Source: Alphaproteobacteria bacterium (lineage in GTDB: Bacteria; Pseudomonadota; Alphaproteobacteria; CALKHQ01). Taken from it: a DNA stretch of 64,000 nucleotides. Both the position numbers and the translations under genes were made by a program. Below, one piece after another: positions 9,495 through 18,821 of the stretch (the first letter of the stretch is position 1; each line of letters opens with the position of its first letter). The stretch covers positions 3,552,001 to 3,616,000 of the forward strand of contig CBDDFZ010000001.1 of the NCBI GenBank assembly GCA_965227515.1. Direction: 5' to 3'. The notes beneath the pieces are model-generated. The model was not told where the DNA came from and did no database searches. It worked only from the letters and a program-made list of their open reading frames with translations.

Positions 9495-10028
9495 ATGACC
9501 AAGCTGTTGTTTTTCGTAGGTAGTTTGCGCGCGGCGTCGTCCTCGCGGGCCGTTGCCACCACCCTCGCCGAGCGGATATCGGACAAGGCCGAAACCGCGT
9601 TCGCCGATATCGCGGGCCTGCCCCATTACAACGCAGATATCGAGAACGACCCGAACGTCGCGGCGCTGATAGACGCCATCGCAGGCGCGGATGGCCTGGT
9701 GTTCGTGACGCCGGAGTACAACTATTCGGTGCCGGGTGTGCTGAAGAACGCCATCGACTGGGCATCGCGCCCGGCCTACCAGTCCGTGTTCAAGGACAAG
9801 CCGTGCCTGGTGATGACCACGTCGGGCGGCGCGATGGGCGGCGTGCGCACGCAATCGCACCTGAAGTACATCCTGAACGGCATGCTGGCGCGGCTGTTCC
9901 CGACCATGGAGGTCATCGTCCCGATGGCCAACAAGAAGGTTGAGGATGGCCGGCTAACCGACCAGGACACCATCGATTTCGCCGGCAAGGCGCTGGATGG
10001 TTTCATTGCATGGATCGAGCAGGCTTAG
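9495..10028 (+). CDS. NADPH-dependent FMN reductase (ChrR/SsuE-like)
   Basis: GSLRAASSS, TPEYNYSVPGVLKNAIDWASR, GGAMGG. Confidence 0.9.
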   Translation: MTKLLFFVGSLRAASSSRAVATTLAERISDKAETAFADIAGLPHYNADIENDPNVAALIDAIAGADGLVFVTPEYNYSVPGVLKNAIDWASRPAYQSVFKDKPCLVMTTSGGAMGGVRTQSHLKYILNGMLARLFPTMEVIVPMANKKVEDGRLTDQDTIDFAGKALDGFIAWIEQA

Positions 10029-10193
10029 CTCCTGCACCTGCGTCGGCACAGCGTGTCGTCGCCCCTTCACAAACACCGTTGTCATCCTTGACCGCGTGAA
10101 ACGCCCTGCCGAGCCGGCGCGTTGTTGTGGCTGTCTCTACTGGGTTCGCACATCTCGAATTGGGCGGCTCGATGTCTGCGAAAAGAAAGAACT

Positions 10194-10368
10194 GTCGTCC
10201 TCGCCCTTGTGGCGAGGACCCATTGTTGTCCGAAATCTCAATAGTTTGGGGTGAATCGGAATTTGAAATGGCGTCCGGGCGGACATAAGGGACCACTCTG
10301 CCAACCCTTGTTGGCACGGACCCCGGACTGCCCCGCAAATGGGCCCTCGCCACAAGGGCGAGGGCGAC
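10194..10368. repeat. REP doublet / REPIN-like element (family B): 31-bp inverted arms around a 113-bp spacer
   Basis: Left arm GTCGTCCTCGCCCTTGTGGCGAGGACCCATT, right arm AATGGGCCCTCGCCACAAGGGCGAGGGCGAC; an inverted copy lies at 49501-49676. Confidence 0.88.
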
Positions 10369-10468
10369 GCTATTTCGTAAGCTGGCGTCTCTGAGCGACT
10401 GTTAGCGAGATTTGCGAACGCCGCTGGGCTTGACCAGTCGGCGTATCTCGCAATGACGGATGTGCTGC

Positions 10469-11173
10469 TCAGCCAACAATGGCGGCGCGGTGCCGGGCCA
10501 GCCAGTCGGTGATCACGGCCACGGTTTCGCCTGGCTGTTCCACCGGCATGAAGTGGCCGGCGTTGTCGATCACCGTCAGCTCCGTATCGGGCGCCAGTGC
10601 CGCGATCTCGCGGTGCTGCGGTTCCGGCGACCACGCGTCCTGCGCGCCGGTCATCAGCAGAATTGGGCACGTGATACTGGGCAGATAGGCCCCTGCATCC
10701 GGGCGGGCGACCAGCGCACGGATCTGGCGCTCGTGCACGTCCGCGCCGGAGGCCAGCACCATCTCGGTCAGGTCGGCGACCAGCGCGGTGTCGCTCAGAC
10801 GCGCCGGGTTCAGCATCGGCGGAATCCAGTCCGCCGCCAGCGCGTCCATGTCGGCATGGCCCAGGTCGATCTTCGCCTGCCGCTTCTCCGGCTCGCCCGG
10901 CTTGAGAGGGCCGTGACCGGTGTTTGCCAGCACCATGCCGCGCACGCGCTCCGGCGTCTGGTGCGCCATCTCCATCGCGACACGCCCGCCCATGGAGTGA
11001 CCCACAGGCACGATGGGCCCCTCGGTCTCGGCCAACAGCCGAGCCGCCATGCCCTGCAGGGTGTCGTCACGGGTGACGTCCGCGTCGTGCACCGGCAGGT
11101 CGACCGCATCGGCGAGCGCCTTCCACACCCGCGCGTCGGAAAGCAGGCCGGGGATCAGGACAAGTGTGGTCAT
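10469..11173 (-). CDS. Alpha/beta-fold hydrolase
   Basis: LVLIPGL, GHSMGG nucleophile elbow, GAQD, AGHF. Confidence 0.88.
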   Translation of the reverse strand: MTTLVLIPGLLSDARVWKALADAVDLPVHDADVTRDDTLQGMAARLLAETEGPIVPVGHSMGGRVAMEMAHQTPERVRGMVLANTGHGPLKPGEPEKRQAKIDLGHADMDALAADWIPPMLNPARLSDTALVADLTEMVLASGADVHERQIRALVARPDAGAYLPSITCPILLMTGAQDAWSPEPQHREIAALAPDTELTVIDNAGHFMPVEQPGETVAVITDWLARHRAAIVG

Positions 11174-11192
11174 GCCGTTGGCTCCGTCGCGC

Positions 11193-12083
11193 TCATCCAC
11201 CGACCACGAAACGCGCGGCGGCGCGCATCGTGTCGCCCGGCGCCACGGTCACCGTGCCGGTGGGCGGCGTCTCCTCGCCGCGTTCGTGCAGGTTGAAGGC
11301 GTCGGTGGTGTTCGACACCGGCTCGACGCAGAAAAAGTTCTGACCCGGCGGGGTGTAGACCACCAGATGGCCGAACGGCGGCCCGGCCTCAATGGTGATG
11401 CTGACGCCACGGTCGGGCCACGCCACCACCGCGCGCCCGTCCCAGCCGGCGAAGCAGTTGGCGAGGTCGGTGCCCTCCACCCGGCGCGCTTCGCTGAAAT
11501 CCCAGCGCGCGGGGATCGGCGTCGCCCCGGTGTGCAGGTATTCCTCGTTCACGTTGAACACGTCGGTCGCGTTGAACTGCAGCGTCGCGTCCGGCGTCCA
11601 GTCGTACCAGGGGTGGACGCCCAGCCCGGCCGGCATCGGATCGTCGGACTCGTTGGTAATAGACATCTCGACGGTCAGCGCGTCCGGCGCGAGGCTGTAG
11701 GTCTGATGCGCCGTGTACGCCCATGGCCACCCGCGCCCGGGATTGGGCAGCGCCAGCCGCACCGAGGTGGCGTCCGCATGCTCCACCTGCCACGGGTTCT
11801 GCCAGCCGTCGCCGTGGATCGCGTTCTTCTCCGGCGGCAGGTTGATGGCGAGCTGGTGGGTGCGGCCAAGGAAGGTCAGCTTGCCGCGCTCGATCCGGCC
11901 GGAGAACGGCACCAGCGGGAAGCTCGCCACGCCCATCGGGTCGCGGTTGGCGATCACCTCCGGCGTCGCGGCACGGAACAGGTCGAAGCCGTCGTCGCGG
12001 CGGAAGTGGCTGAGCGCACCGCCGGCGGCCGGTGCCACGCCTGCCGACAGCGGCCCGGCGGAGATGGTCAGCACGTCGCTCAT
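11193..12083 (-). CDS. Aldose 1-epimerase (mutarotase) family protein
   Basis: FPLVPFSGRI, AIHGDGW, GLGVHPWY, FCVEPVS. Confidence 0.9.
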   Translation of the reverse strand: MSDVLTISAGPLSAGVAPAAGGALSHFRRDDGFDLFRAATPEVIANRDPMGVASFPLVPFSGRIERGKLTFLGRTHQLAINLPPEKNAIHGDGWQNPWQVEHADATSVRLALPNPGRGWPWAYTAHQTYSLAPDALTVEMSITNESDDPMPAGLGVHPWYDWTPDATLQFNATDVFNVNEEYLHTGATPIPARWDFSEARRVEGTDLANCFAGWDGRAVVAWPDRGVSITIEAGPPFGHLVVYTPPGQNFFCVEPVSNTTDAFNLHERGEETPPTGTVTVAPGDTMRAAARFVVGG

Positions 12084-12106
12084 CGCGTTCCCCAAAACCC
12101 TTTGAA

Positions 12107-12195
12107 GTCATGCCCGCACTTGTTGCGGGCATCCACGTCTTCCTGGCCGCTCAAGCGGCCATCTCGTGGATGGCCAGGACAAGCCCGGCCATGAC
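12107..12195. repeat. REP doublet (family A)
   Basis: GTCATGCCCGCACTTGTTGCGGGCATCCACG...CGTGGATGGCCAGGACAAGCCCGGCCATGAC; related to 501-619. Confidence 0.85.
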
Positions 12196-12233
12196 GATTG
12201 TATTGGTGGCCATCGCCTGCGCCGAAAGACACG

Positions 12234-13235
12234 TCAATCCCCCGATCTTCGAAACCGGAGTTCCTGGATCATCACCGCGCCGATCAGGAGCGCCCCCTTG
12301 GCCACGTCCTGGTAGAACGACTGCAGGCCGACCAGCAGCATGCCGGTCTTGAGCACGCCCAGGATCAGCACCGCCAGCACGGCGCCGAAGATTGTGCCCT
12401 TGCCGCCCGCCAGCGCGCAACCGCCCAGGATCGCCGCCGTGATCGCCTCCAGCTCCAGGCCCTCGGAGCCAGAGACCGGCTGGCCGGAACCCGTCCGTGC
12501 GGCCAGGATGACGCCGGCCAGGCCCGCCGCCACGCCGCTGACCGTATAGATCGCGATGCGGTAGCGGGTCAGGTGGATGCCGGCCAGCCGCGCCACGACA
12601 GGGTTGCCGCCCATGGCGTAGACGTTGCGGCCCATCACCGTGAACCGCATGAAGCAGAAGAACAGGGCGGCGACCAGCAGCATCAGGAACACCGGCACCG
12701 GCAGGAAGCCGATGAAGCCGGAGCCGAGCCAGCGGAAACCGTCGTGCAGGATGCCGATGGACCGGCCGTCGGAAATGATCAGCGCCAGCCCGCGAAATGC
12801 CGCCATGGTGCCCAGCGTGGTGATCACCGGGTTGACCCGGCCCAGGGTGACGATCAGCCCGTTGATGCAGCCGGCGAGCCCGCCAGCCGTTAGCGCCGCC
12901 AGCACCGCCACCAGCGCCGACCCCGTCGCCTCGATCGCCAATGCCGCCACCAGCGTGCACAGACCGGTCGCCGAGCCGACGGAGATGTCGAGCCCGCCGG
13001 ACACGATCACCATCGTCTGCGCGATCGCCAGCACGCCCAGGATGGACACGCCAAGCACGATGTTGGTGACCGTGCGGCCCAGGAAGAACGCATCCGGCCT
13101 GATCGCGCCGAAGATCGCGATCAGCAGGATCAGTGCGATCAGCAGGCTGAAATTCTGGGTGCCGATATTGTGGCGGATGAAGTGCAGGACCGGGTTTTCG
13201 TTGCCACCGTCGGCCCGCGCCGTGGTCTCGCTCAT
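12234..13235 (-). CDS. Sugar ABC transporter permease (AraH/RbsC-like)
   Basis: GGLDISVGS, GRNVYAMGGN..ARLAGI, ELEAITAAILGG; start re-called at 13235. Confidence 0.92.
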   Translation of the reverse strand: MSETTARADGGNENPVLHFIRHNIGTQNFSLLIALILLIAIFGAIRPDAFFLGRTVTNIVLGVSILGVLAIAQTMVIVSGGLDISVGSATGLCTLVAALAIEATGSALVAVLAALTAGGLAGCINGLIVTLGRVNPVITTLGTMAAFRGLALIISDGRSIGILHDGFRWLGSGFIGFLPVPVFLMLLVAALFFCFMRFTVMGRNVYAMGGNPVVARLAGIHLTRYRIAIYTVSGVAAGLAGVILAARTGSGQPVSGSEGLELEAITAAILGGCALAGGKGTIFGAVLAVLILGVLKTGMLLVGLQSFYQDVAKGALLIGAVMIQELRFRRSGD

Positions 13236-14755
13236 GACGCCTGCCTCGTGCCGTACAAATCCTCGCCCATCGCCAGCCGCAGGATGTCGTCCTCGGTGGC
13301 GCCATCGGTCTCCAGCTCGCCGGCGACGGTGCGGTCGCGCATGACCAGGATGCGGTCGGTCACACCCAGAAGCTCGGGCATCTCGGAAGATATCATCAGG
13401 ATCGCCATGCCCCCTTCGGCCAGCTCTTCGATCAATCGGTAGATTTCCGCCTTGGCGCCAACGTCGATGCCGCGGGTCGGCTCGTCCAGGATCAGCACCT
13501 TGGGCTGGCGCGCCAGCCAGCGGCCCAGCACCACCTTCTGTTGGTTGCCGCCGCTGAGTTTGGAGACAAGCTGGCCCAGAGAAGGCGTCTTCACCTGCAT
13601 GCGGTCGACCATGCGGGCCGCGATCACGTTCTCCGCCGCGCGGCGGATGAAGCCGGAGATGCTGATCTTGTCGGGCACGCACAGGCTGATGTTCTCGCGC
13701 ACGCCGCGCATCATCAGCAGCGCCTCGTGCTTGCGGTCCTCCGGCGCGAACCCGATGCCGGCCAGGATGGCGTCGGCCGGGCTGCGCAGGCGCACCGGCA
13801 CATCGTTCACCCGCACCTCCCCGCCGCGCAACCGGTCGAAGCCGAAGATGCCCTTGGCCAGTTCGGTGCGCCCGGCGCCCATCAGGCCGCCGAGCCCGAC
13901 CACCTCGCCCGCACGCACCGCGAGCGAGCAGTCATGCACGTGGTCGGTGGATAAGCCGCGCACGTCGAGCACGACGTCGCCATGTGCCCGGTCGCCGGTC
14001 TGGTAGAAGCTTTCCACCGGACGGCCGACCATGAGCTGGGCGATCTCGCGCTCGTCCACGTCGCCGATGGAGCGAACGTCGATCAGCGCGCCGTCGCGCA
14101 GCACCGCCACCTTGTCGGCCAGCGGCATGATCTCGTGCAGCCGGTGCGAGATGTAGATGACGGCGACGCCCTCCTCGCGCATGCGCCGGATCACCGCGAA
14201 CAGCCGTTGCGCCTCGTCCTCGGTCAGCGACGAGGTCGGCTCGTCGAGCGCCAGCAACTGCACGCCGGATTTCAGTGCCCGCATGATCTCGATCAACTGG
14301 CGCTGTGCCGGGCCGAGATGGCGGCACTGCCGGCGCGGATTGAGCTCGTCCTCGACGCCGAACTGACGCGCCAGCTCAAGCGTGCGCTGCTCCAGGTCGC
14401 GCCAGTCGACGAACAGCCCGCCGGTCTGCTTGAAGTCGCCCAGGAACACGTTCTCCGCCACCGTCAGCTCGGCCACGGTTTCCGGTTCCTGGTGGATAAT
14501 GCGGATGCCGAACGCATGGGCATCGGCGGCGCCGGTCAGCATCACCGGCGCGCGGTCCCGGGTGACCGTGCCCGTGTCCGGCTGGTGCTCGCCTTCCAGG
14601 ATGCGCATCAGCGTCGACTTGCCGGCACCGTTCTCGCCCACCAGCGCCAGCACCTCGCCCGGCGTGAAGTCGAGCGAGACCCCGCGCAGTGCCTGCACCG
14701 GCCCGAACGCCTTGGAGACGTCGCTGACGCCGAATATCGGGCGTTGGTCGCTCAT
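13232..14755 (-). CDS. Sugar ABC transporter ATP-binding protein (two NBDs, AraG/RbsA-like)
   Basis: GENGAGKST, DEPTSSL, LSGGNQQKV, DEPTRGIDVGAK. Confidence 0.95.
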   Translation of the reverse strand: MSDQRPIFGVSDVSKAFGPVQALRGVSLDFTPGEVLALVGENGAGKSTLMRILEGEHQPDTGTVTRDRAPVMLTGAADAHAFGIRIIHQEPETVAELTVAENVFLGDFKQTGGLFVDWRDLEQRTLELARQFGVEDELNPRRQCRHLGPAQRQLIEIMRALKSGVQLLALDEPTSSLTEDEAQRLFAVIRRMREEGVAVIYISHRLHEIMPLADKVAVLRDGALIDVRSIGDVDEREIAQLMVGRPVESFYQTGDRAHGDVVLDVRGLSTDHVHDCSLAVRAGEVVGLGGLMGAGRTELAKGIFGFDRLRGGEVRVNDVPVRLRSPADAILAGIGFAPEDRKHEALLMMRGVRENISLCVPDKISISGFIRRAAENVIAARMVDRMQVKTPSLGQLVSKLSGGNQQKVVLGRWLARQPKVLILDEPTRGIDVGAKAEIYRLIEELAEGGMAILMISSEMPELLGVTDRILVMRDRTVAGELETDGATEDDILRLAMGEDLYGTRQAS

Positions 14756-14770
14756 ATCTCTGACAAGGAA

Positions 14771-14800
14771 ACGGCGAGGCGCGCGCCCGCGCCCCGCCGT
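14771..14800. other. GC-rich stem-loop between the SBP and ATPase genes (possible mRNA stabiliser/attenuator)
   Basis: ACGGCGAGGCGCG...CGCGCCCCGCCGT imperfect inverted repeat. Confidence 0.45.
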
Positions 14801-14809
14801 CCGGTCCTG

Positions 14810-15814
14810 CTACTCGCAGCCTAGCTTCGACTGGTACTCGTCGAAATTGTCGCGAGTCACATAGATCGCCGGCATCATAATCGGGTCACTCGGCATCGGC
14901 TCGCCGTTGACCACGTGGTCGTAGAGCACTTGGATGCCGGTCGCGCCGTGGCTGGCGCTGTCGAACCACATCGAGCCCTTGAAGCCCTCCGCACTCTGCA
15001 GGCCGTCGCAAGCCCGGCTGCCGTCGATGCCGATGCCGAAGCCGGCGTCGCCGTCGTAGCCGGCGTTCTCCAGCGCGCGCACGCCGCCCAGCACGCCGTC
15101 GTCATTGCAGGCCCAGAAGATCCAGTTGGTCACTTCCGGGTTGCCGGTCAGCACCGTCGACATGGCGTCGACCGAGCTGACCATGGTGCCGTCATAGGGG
15201 ATATTCAGGATGTCGTCCTCGGACCAGTCGGGGAACGCCTCCATCCACGAGGCCTCGGCGCCCTCGTTGCGCTTCATGCAGGTCTCGATCTTCTGGTCCT
15301 CGATGCTGGCGATCCGGACCACGGCATCGGGATCGTCGGCCCAGCCGCTCTCATTGTAGAGGGTGACCAGCTCGGTGCCGACCTGGCGGCCGATGTTGAA
15401 GGCGTCGATACCGACATAGGGCACCGGCGTGCCGTCCTCGAAATAGATGTCGTCGTCGACCGCGACGATTGGGATGCCGGCCTCCACCGCCTTGTCGGCG
15501 ATCACCGGGCCCAGCGCCAGGTCGGGCACCACGATGGCAATGCCGGCGACGCCGTCGGCGACCATGGTGTCGAACGCGGTGATGGTGAGGTCGGCGTCGA
15601 ACTGCACGTCCTGGTGCATCAGTTCGGCGCCCAGTTCCTCGGCCCGCGCCTCGGCGCCTGCGACCTCGGACACGAACCACGGATGGTCGCCCATCTTGTT
15701 GATGTAGCCGAACTTGAGGTCATCCTGCGCCGCGGCCGTGCCGGCCAGGCCCGCGCACGCCAGTGCGGAGGCCGTTGTCAGCAGGAAGGCCCGCTTGCTC
15801 AATGGCATTGTCAT
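14810..15814 (-). CDS. Sugar ABC substrate-binding protein (AraF-like, arabinose/galactose type)
   Basis: Signal peptide (SKRAFL, Tat-like KR variant); K..DHPWF..E, IVAVDD, CMKR, NDDGVLGGVRA resemble arabinose-binding proteins. Confidence 0.85.
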   Translation of the reverse strand: MTMPLSKRAFLLTTASALACAGLAGTAAAQDDLKFGYINKMGDHPWFVSEVAGAEARAEELGAELMHQDVQFDADLTITAFDTMVADGVAGIAIVVPDLALGPVIADKAVEAGIPIVAVDDDIYFEDGTPVPYVGIDAFNIGRQVGTELVTLYNESGWADDPDAVVRIASIEDQKIETCMKRNEGAEASWMEAFPDWSEDDILNIPYDGTMVSSVDAMSTVLTGNPEVTNWIFWACNDDGVLGGVRALENAGYDGDAGFGIGIDGSRACDGLQSAEGFKGSMWFDSASHGATGIQVLYDHVVNGEPMPSDPIMMPAIYVTRDNFDEYQSKLGCE

Positions 15815-15886
15815 CGCAATTTCCTCCATCGTTCAGTTGCTCGAATTCGCTCGAACCTGTGGGGCCTTCGCCCTCTCGTTGTTGCA

Positions 15887-16663
15887 CTAGCTGTGGAATT
15901 GCACGGAGCCGCCGCCATCGACCATCAGGCTGGCAGCAGTGATGAAACCGGCCTCGTCGGAGGCCAGGAACAGAACCGCGTTGGCCACCTCCACCGGCTG
16001 GCCGACTCGCATCATCGGGTGGTAGCCCTCGGCCCGCCGCCGTTCGGCGGCCGGGTCGTCGAACGTGTCCCAATAGGCGACCGCAATCGGCGTCTCGATG
16101 TAGCCGGGACACACGCAGTTCACCCGGATTCCGCGCGCCGCGTACTCCACGCCGAGCGCCCGGGTGATGCCGAGCACGCCGTGCTTGGCGACCGGATACG
16201 GAAACGTCTTCGGGATGATCTGGAAGCTGTGGACCGAGGCGACGTTGACGATGCTGCCGCCACCCTTGTCCAGCATGCCGGGCAGCACCGCGCGGGTGCA
16301 GTACCAAACCGCGTCCATGTCGACCGAGAAGCAGCGCTTCCATTCGTCGTCGGAGAGGCTCAGCGGGTCGTCGAAGACCGCGATGCCGGCGTTGTTGATC
16401 AGGATGTCCGGCGTGCCCAACTCGGCGGTTGCTTGCTCCACCATGGCGGCGATGGCATCGGTATCGGTGACGTCGGTGGCAACCGCCAGCGCGCGCCCGC
16501 CGTCCGCATTGATCGCCTCGGCCACCGCCGACCCGGTCTCCGGGTTCAGTTCGGCAATGCAGACAGCGGCACCCTCCTCCGCGAATCGATGCGCAATCGC
16601 CTCACCGATGCCCTGCCCCGCGCCGGTAACAATCGCGACCTTGCCGTCCAGCCGTCCCGTCAT
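15887..16663 (-). CDS. SDR oxidoreductase, probable aldose (galactose/arabinose) dehydrogenase
   Basis: TGAGQGIG, NNAG, YPVAK, VCPGYIET; located in the dgoD operon. Confidence 0.85.
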   Translation of the reverse strand: MTGRLDGKVAIVTGAGQGIGEAIAHRFAEEGAAVCIAELNPETGSAVAEAINADGGRALAVATDVTDTDAIAAMVEQATAELGTPDILINNAGIAVFDDPLSLSDDEWKRCFSVDMDAVWYCTRAVLPGMLDKGGGSIVNVASVHSFQIIPKTFPYPVAKHGVLGITRALGVEYAARGIRVNCVCPGYIETPIAVAYWDTFDDPAAERRRAEGYHPMMRVGQPVEVANAVLFLASDEAGFITAASLMVDGGGSVQFHS

Positions 16664-16685
16664 GGCATGCCGTCCCCGTTCCCCG

Positions 16686-17861
16686 CTACCAGTCAACCAC
16701 GGTGCCGTCGGCGATCACCGCATTCGTCGCATGCATGACTTCCTGCGCGAACGGATGCTTTTCCGCCTCCGCCTCATTGACCTCGACCCCGAGACCCGGG
16801 CGCTCCGGCACCGGCCAATGGCCATCCTGCAACGTCAGCGGGCTGTCCTCGACCACGTCGTGGAACCAAGGTACCGCCCCGCTCATCTCTTCCTGGATCA
16901 CGAAGTTGGGCGTCGCGACGGCGAAATGGAGCGCGACCACGCCGGCCAACGGACCCAGTGGATTATGGGGTGCCACCCCGCAGGCCGCCGTCTCCGCCAT
17001 CGCCGCGATCTTGCGAGCCTCCGACAAGCCACCGCAATGGCAAATGTCGGGCTGCGCGATGTTGATCGCGCGGGCGTGGAACAGCGGCTCGAAGTCCTGC
17101 CGCCCGATCAGGCGCTCGCCGGTCGCGATCGGCACCGGCGAGCGGCGCGCGACCTCCAGCATGGTCTGGGTGTCGCCGGGCGGCATCGGCTCCTCGACGA
17201 ACATTGGCCGGTACGGTGCCAGCACCTGAATATATTCCACCGCGGCACTGGCCGAGGCACAGCGGCCGTGGAAGTCGATCATGATGTCGACCGCGTCACC
17301 CACCGCCTCGCGCAGCGCCGCCATCATGCCGCCGACGTGGTCCAGTTCCTTCGGCGAGGCGGTGTAGTGGGTGTAGGGGATGAACACCGACTTCAGCGCG
17401 GTGTAGCCGCGTTCGATCACCGCCTGGGCACGCTCGACCAGTGCGGCAGCCTCGGTGGTCTCGTAGACCGCGGTCATATCGCCCATACCCAAGTGCGTGT
17501 AGACACGGACCCGGTCGCGGGTGCGGCCGCCGAGCAGGCGCCACACCGGCACGCCGAGATCCTTGCCCAGAATGTCCCACAGCGCGATCTCGATGCCGCT
17601 GATCGCCGACGCGCCGATCACGCCCATGCGCCAGAAACCGTGCTTGTGCATAACGCGGATGAGCTGCTCGATATCGCGCGGGTCGCGGCCGACGATCAAC
17701 GGCGCCAGATCCTCGATGGCACCGACCACGGCGCGAGTCTTCCACTCCAGCGTGGCCTCGCCCCAGCCCCACAGGCCCGGCTGGTCGGTCTCGACCTTCA
17801 CGAACACCCAGTTACGCATCTGGGCGTTGACCACACAGGTCCGGATGCCGGTTATCTTCAT
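16686..17861 (-). CDS. dgoD: Galactonate dehydratase (mandelate racemase/enolase superfamily)
   Basis: WGWGEATLEW, ISGIEIALWDILGK, DFHGR, FVEEP, ATGERL, APHNPLGP, C-terminal DGTVVDW. Confidence 0.8.
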   Translation of the reverse strand: MKITGIRTCVVNAQMRNWVFVKVETDQPGLWGWGEATLEWKTRAVVGAIEDLAPLIVGRDPRDIEQLIRVMHKHGFWRMGVIGASAISGIEIALWDILGKDLGVPVWRLLGGRTRDRVRVYTHLGMGDMTAVYETTEAAALVERAQAVIERGYTALKSVFIPYTHYTASPKELDHVGGMMAALREAVGDAVDIMIDFHGRCASASAAVEYIQVLAPYRPMFVEEPMPPGDTQTMLEVARRSPVPIATGERLIGRQDFEPLFHARAINIAQPDICHCGGLSEARKIAAMAETAACGVAPHNPLGPLAGVVALHFAVATPNFVIQEEMSGAVPWFHDVVEDSPLTLQDGHWPVPERPGLGVEVNEAEAEKHPFAQEVMHATNAVIADGTVVDW

Positions 17862-17930
17862 GGCGCGATCTGAAACGTTTCCTCACCGCTGTCCTCCGGT
17901 CGTTGGCGGAGGTGCGTTTTGGCGAAGCTT

Positions 17931-17941
17931 ATGTCAGACAA
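17931..17941. promoter_or_regulatory. Putative FadR/DgoR-type operator
   Basis: ATGTCAGACAA (TTGT-N3-ACAT on the minus strand) upstream of dgoD, next to a FadR-type regulator. Confidence 0.45.
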
Positions 17942-17974
17942 ATTGCCGTGGCAAGGCACCACGCGACCGCCGAG

Positions 17975-18700
17975 TCACGGCTTCGGCTTGCGGGCCAACA
18001 CCGGCTGCAGCTCGATGGCGGCAGCCTCGATGACAAACGCCATCGCCGAGCGGGCGCGCGCGGTGTCGCCGGCGGCGATCGCCTCATAGACCGCGGCATG
18101 GATCGCGTGCCCGTTGTCCTGCGGCCCGCCGATCCGCTGTTGCAGGCTGAAGCTCGCGGTCAGCGCGGCGCGCACCGACGTCGCCAGGTTGGCGAACAGG
18201 CTGTTGCCGCTGGCCAGCAGCAGGCCGACGTGAAACCGGATGTCGGCGTCGTAGAACGCTTCCGCGTCGCGGCCGGCCCGCCCCAGGTCGTCGATGGCCC
18301 GGCCAAGCTCGGCCAAATGCGCCGGATCGCGGCGGCGTGCGGCCAGTTCGGCCGCCGCCGGCTCCACCGTCGCGCGCAGCTCCAGCAGGTCGTGCATGAA
18401 GTCGGGATCGAAGCCGTCCGGCGCGTGCCACATCAGCACGTCCGGGTCCAGCAGGTTCCAGTTCTCGCGCGGCCGGATGCGGGTGCCGCGCCGCCGCCGC
18501 GCCTCAACCAGGCCCTTGGCCGCAAGCACCTTGATCGCCTCGCGGATGGCCTGGCGACTGGTGCCGAACCGGTCGCACAGCTCTATCTCGCGCGGCAGGT
18601 CGTCGCCGACCGCGATCCGCCCGGAAACGATCTGCCGGCCTATGTCATAGACGACCTGTCCGTGCAGGCCGGCACTTGGATAGGCCCGGTCATCCGGCAT
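17975..18700 (-). CDS. FadR/GntR-family regulator (DgoR-like)
   Basis: LPREIELCDRFGTSRQAIREAIKVLAAKGLV...GT; WNLLDPDVL; FCD domain ADIRFH. Confidence 0.88.
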   Translation of the reverse strand: MPDDRAYPSAGLHGQVVYDIGRQIVSGRIAVGDDLPREIELCDRFGTSRQAIREAIKVLAAKGLVEARRRRGTRIRPRENWNLLDPDVLMWHAPDGFDPDFMHDLLELRATVEPAAAELAARRRDPAHLAELGRAIDDLGRAGRDAEAFYDADIRFHVGLLLASGNSLFANLATSVRAALTASFSLQQRIGGPQDNGHAIHAAVYEAIAAGDTARARSAMAFVIEAAAIELQPVLARKPKP

Positions 18701-18821
18701 GCGCACACCATCCCGTTCGTTGCCAACGGGGCCAATATGTCATGTTTATTGGAATGGCGCACCGTCGACGATTAGGCGTCCGCTCACGGCGGGGCGACGG
18801 GCCAAGCCGGCGTAAGCGGGG

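Noticed and set aside
10194-10368. CRISPR mini-array
   Set aside because: The repeats are inverted rather than direct, occur only as pairs, have >100-bp spacers, and no cas genes are present.
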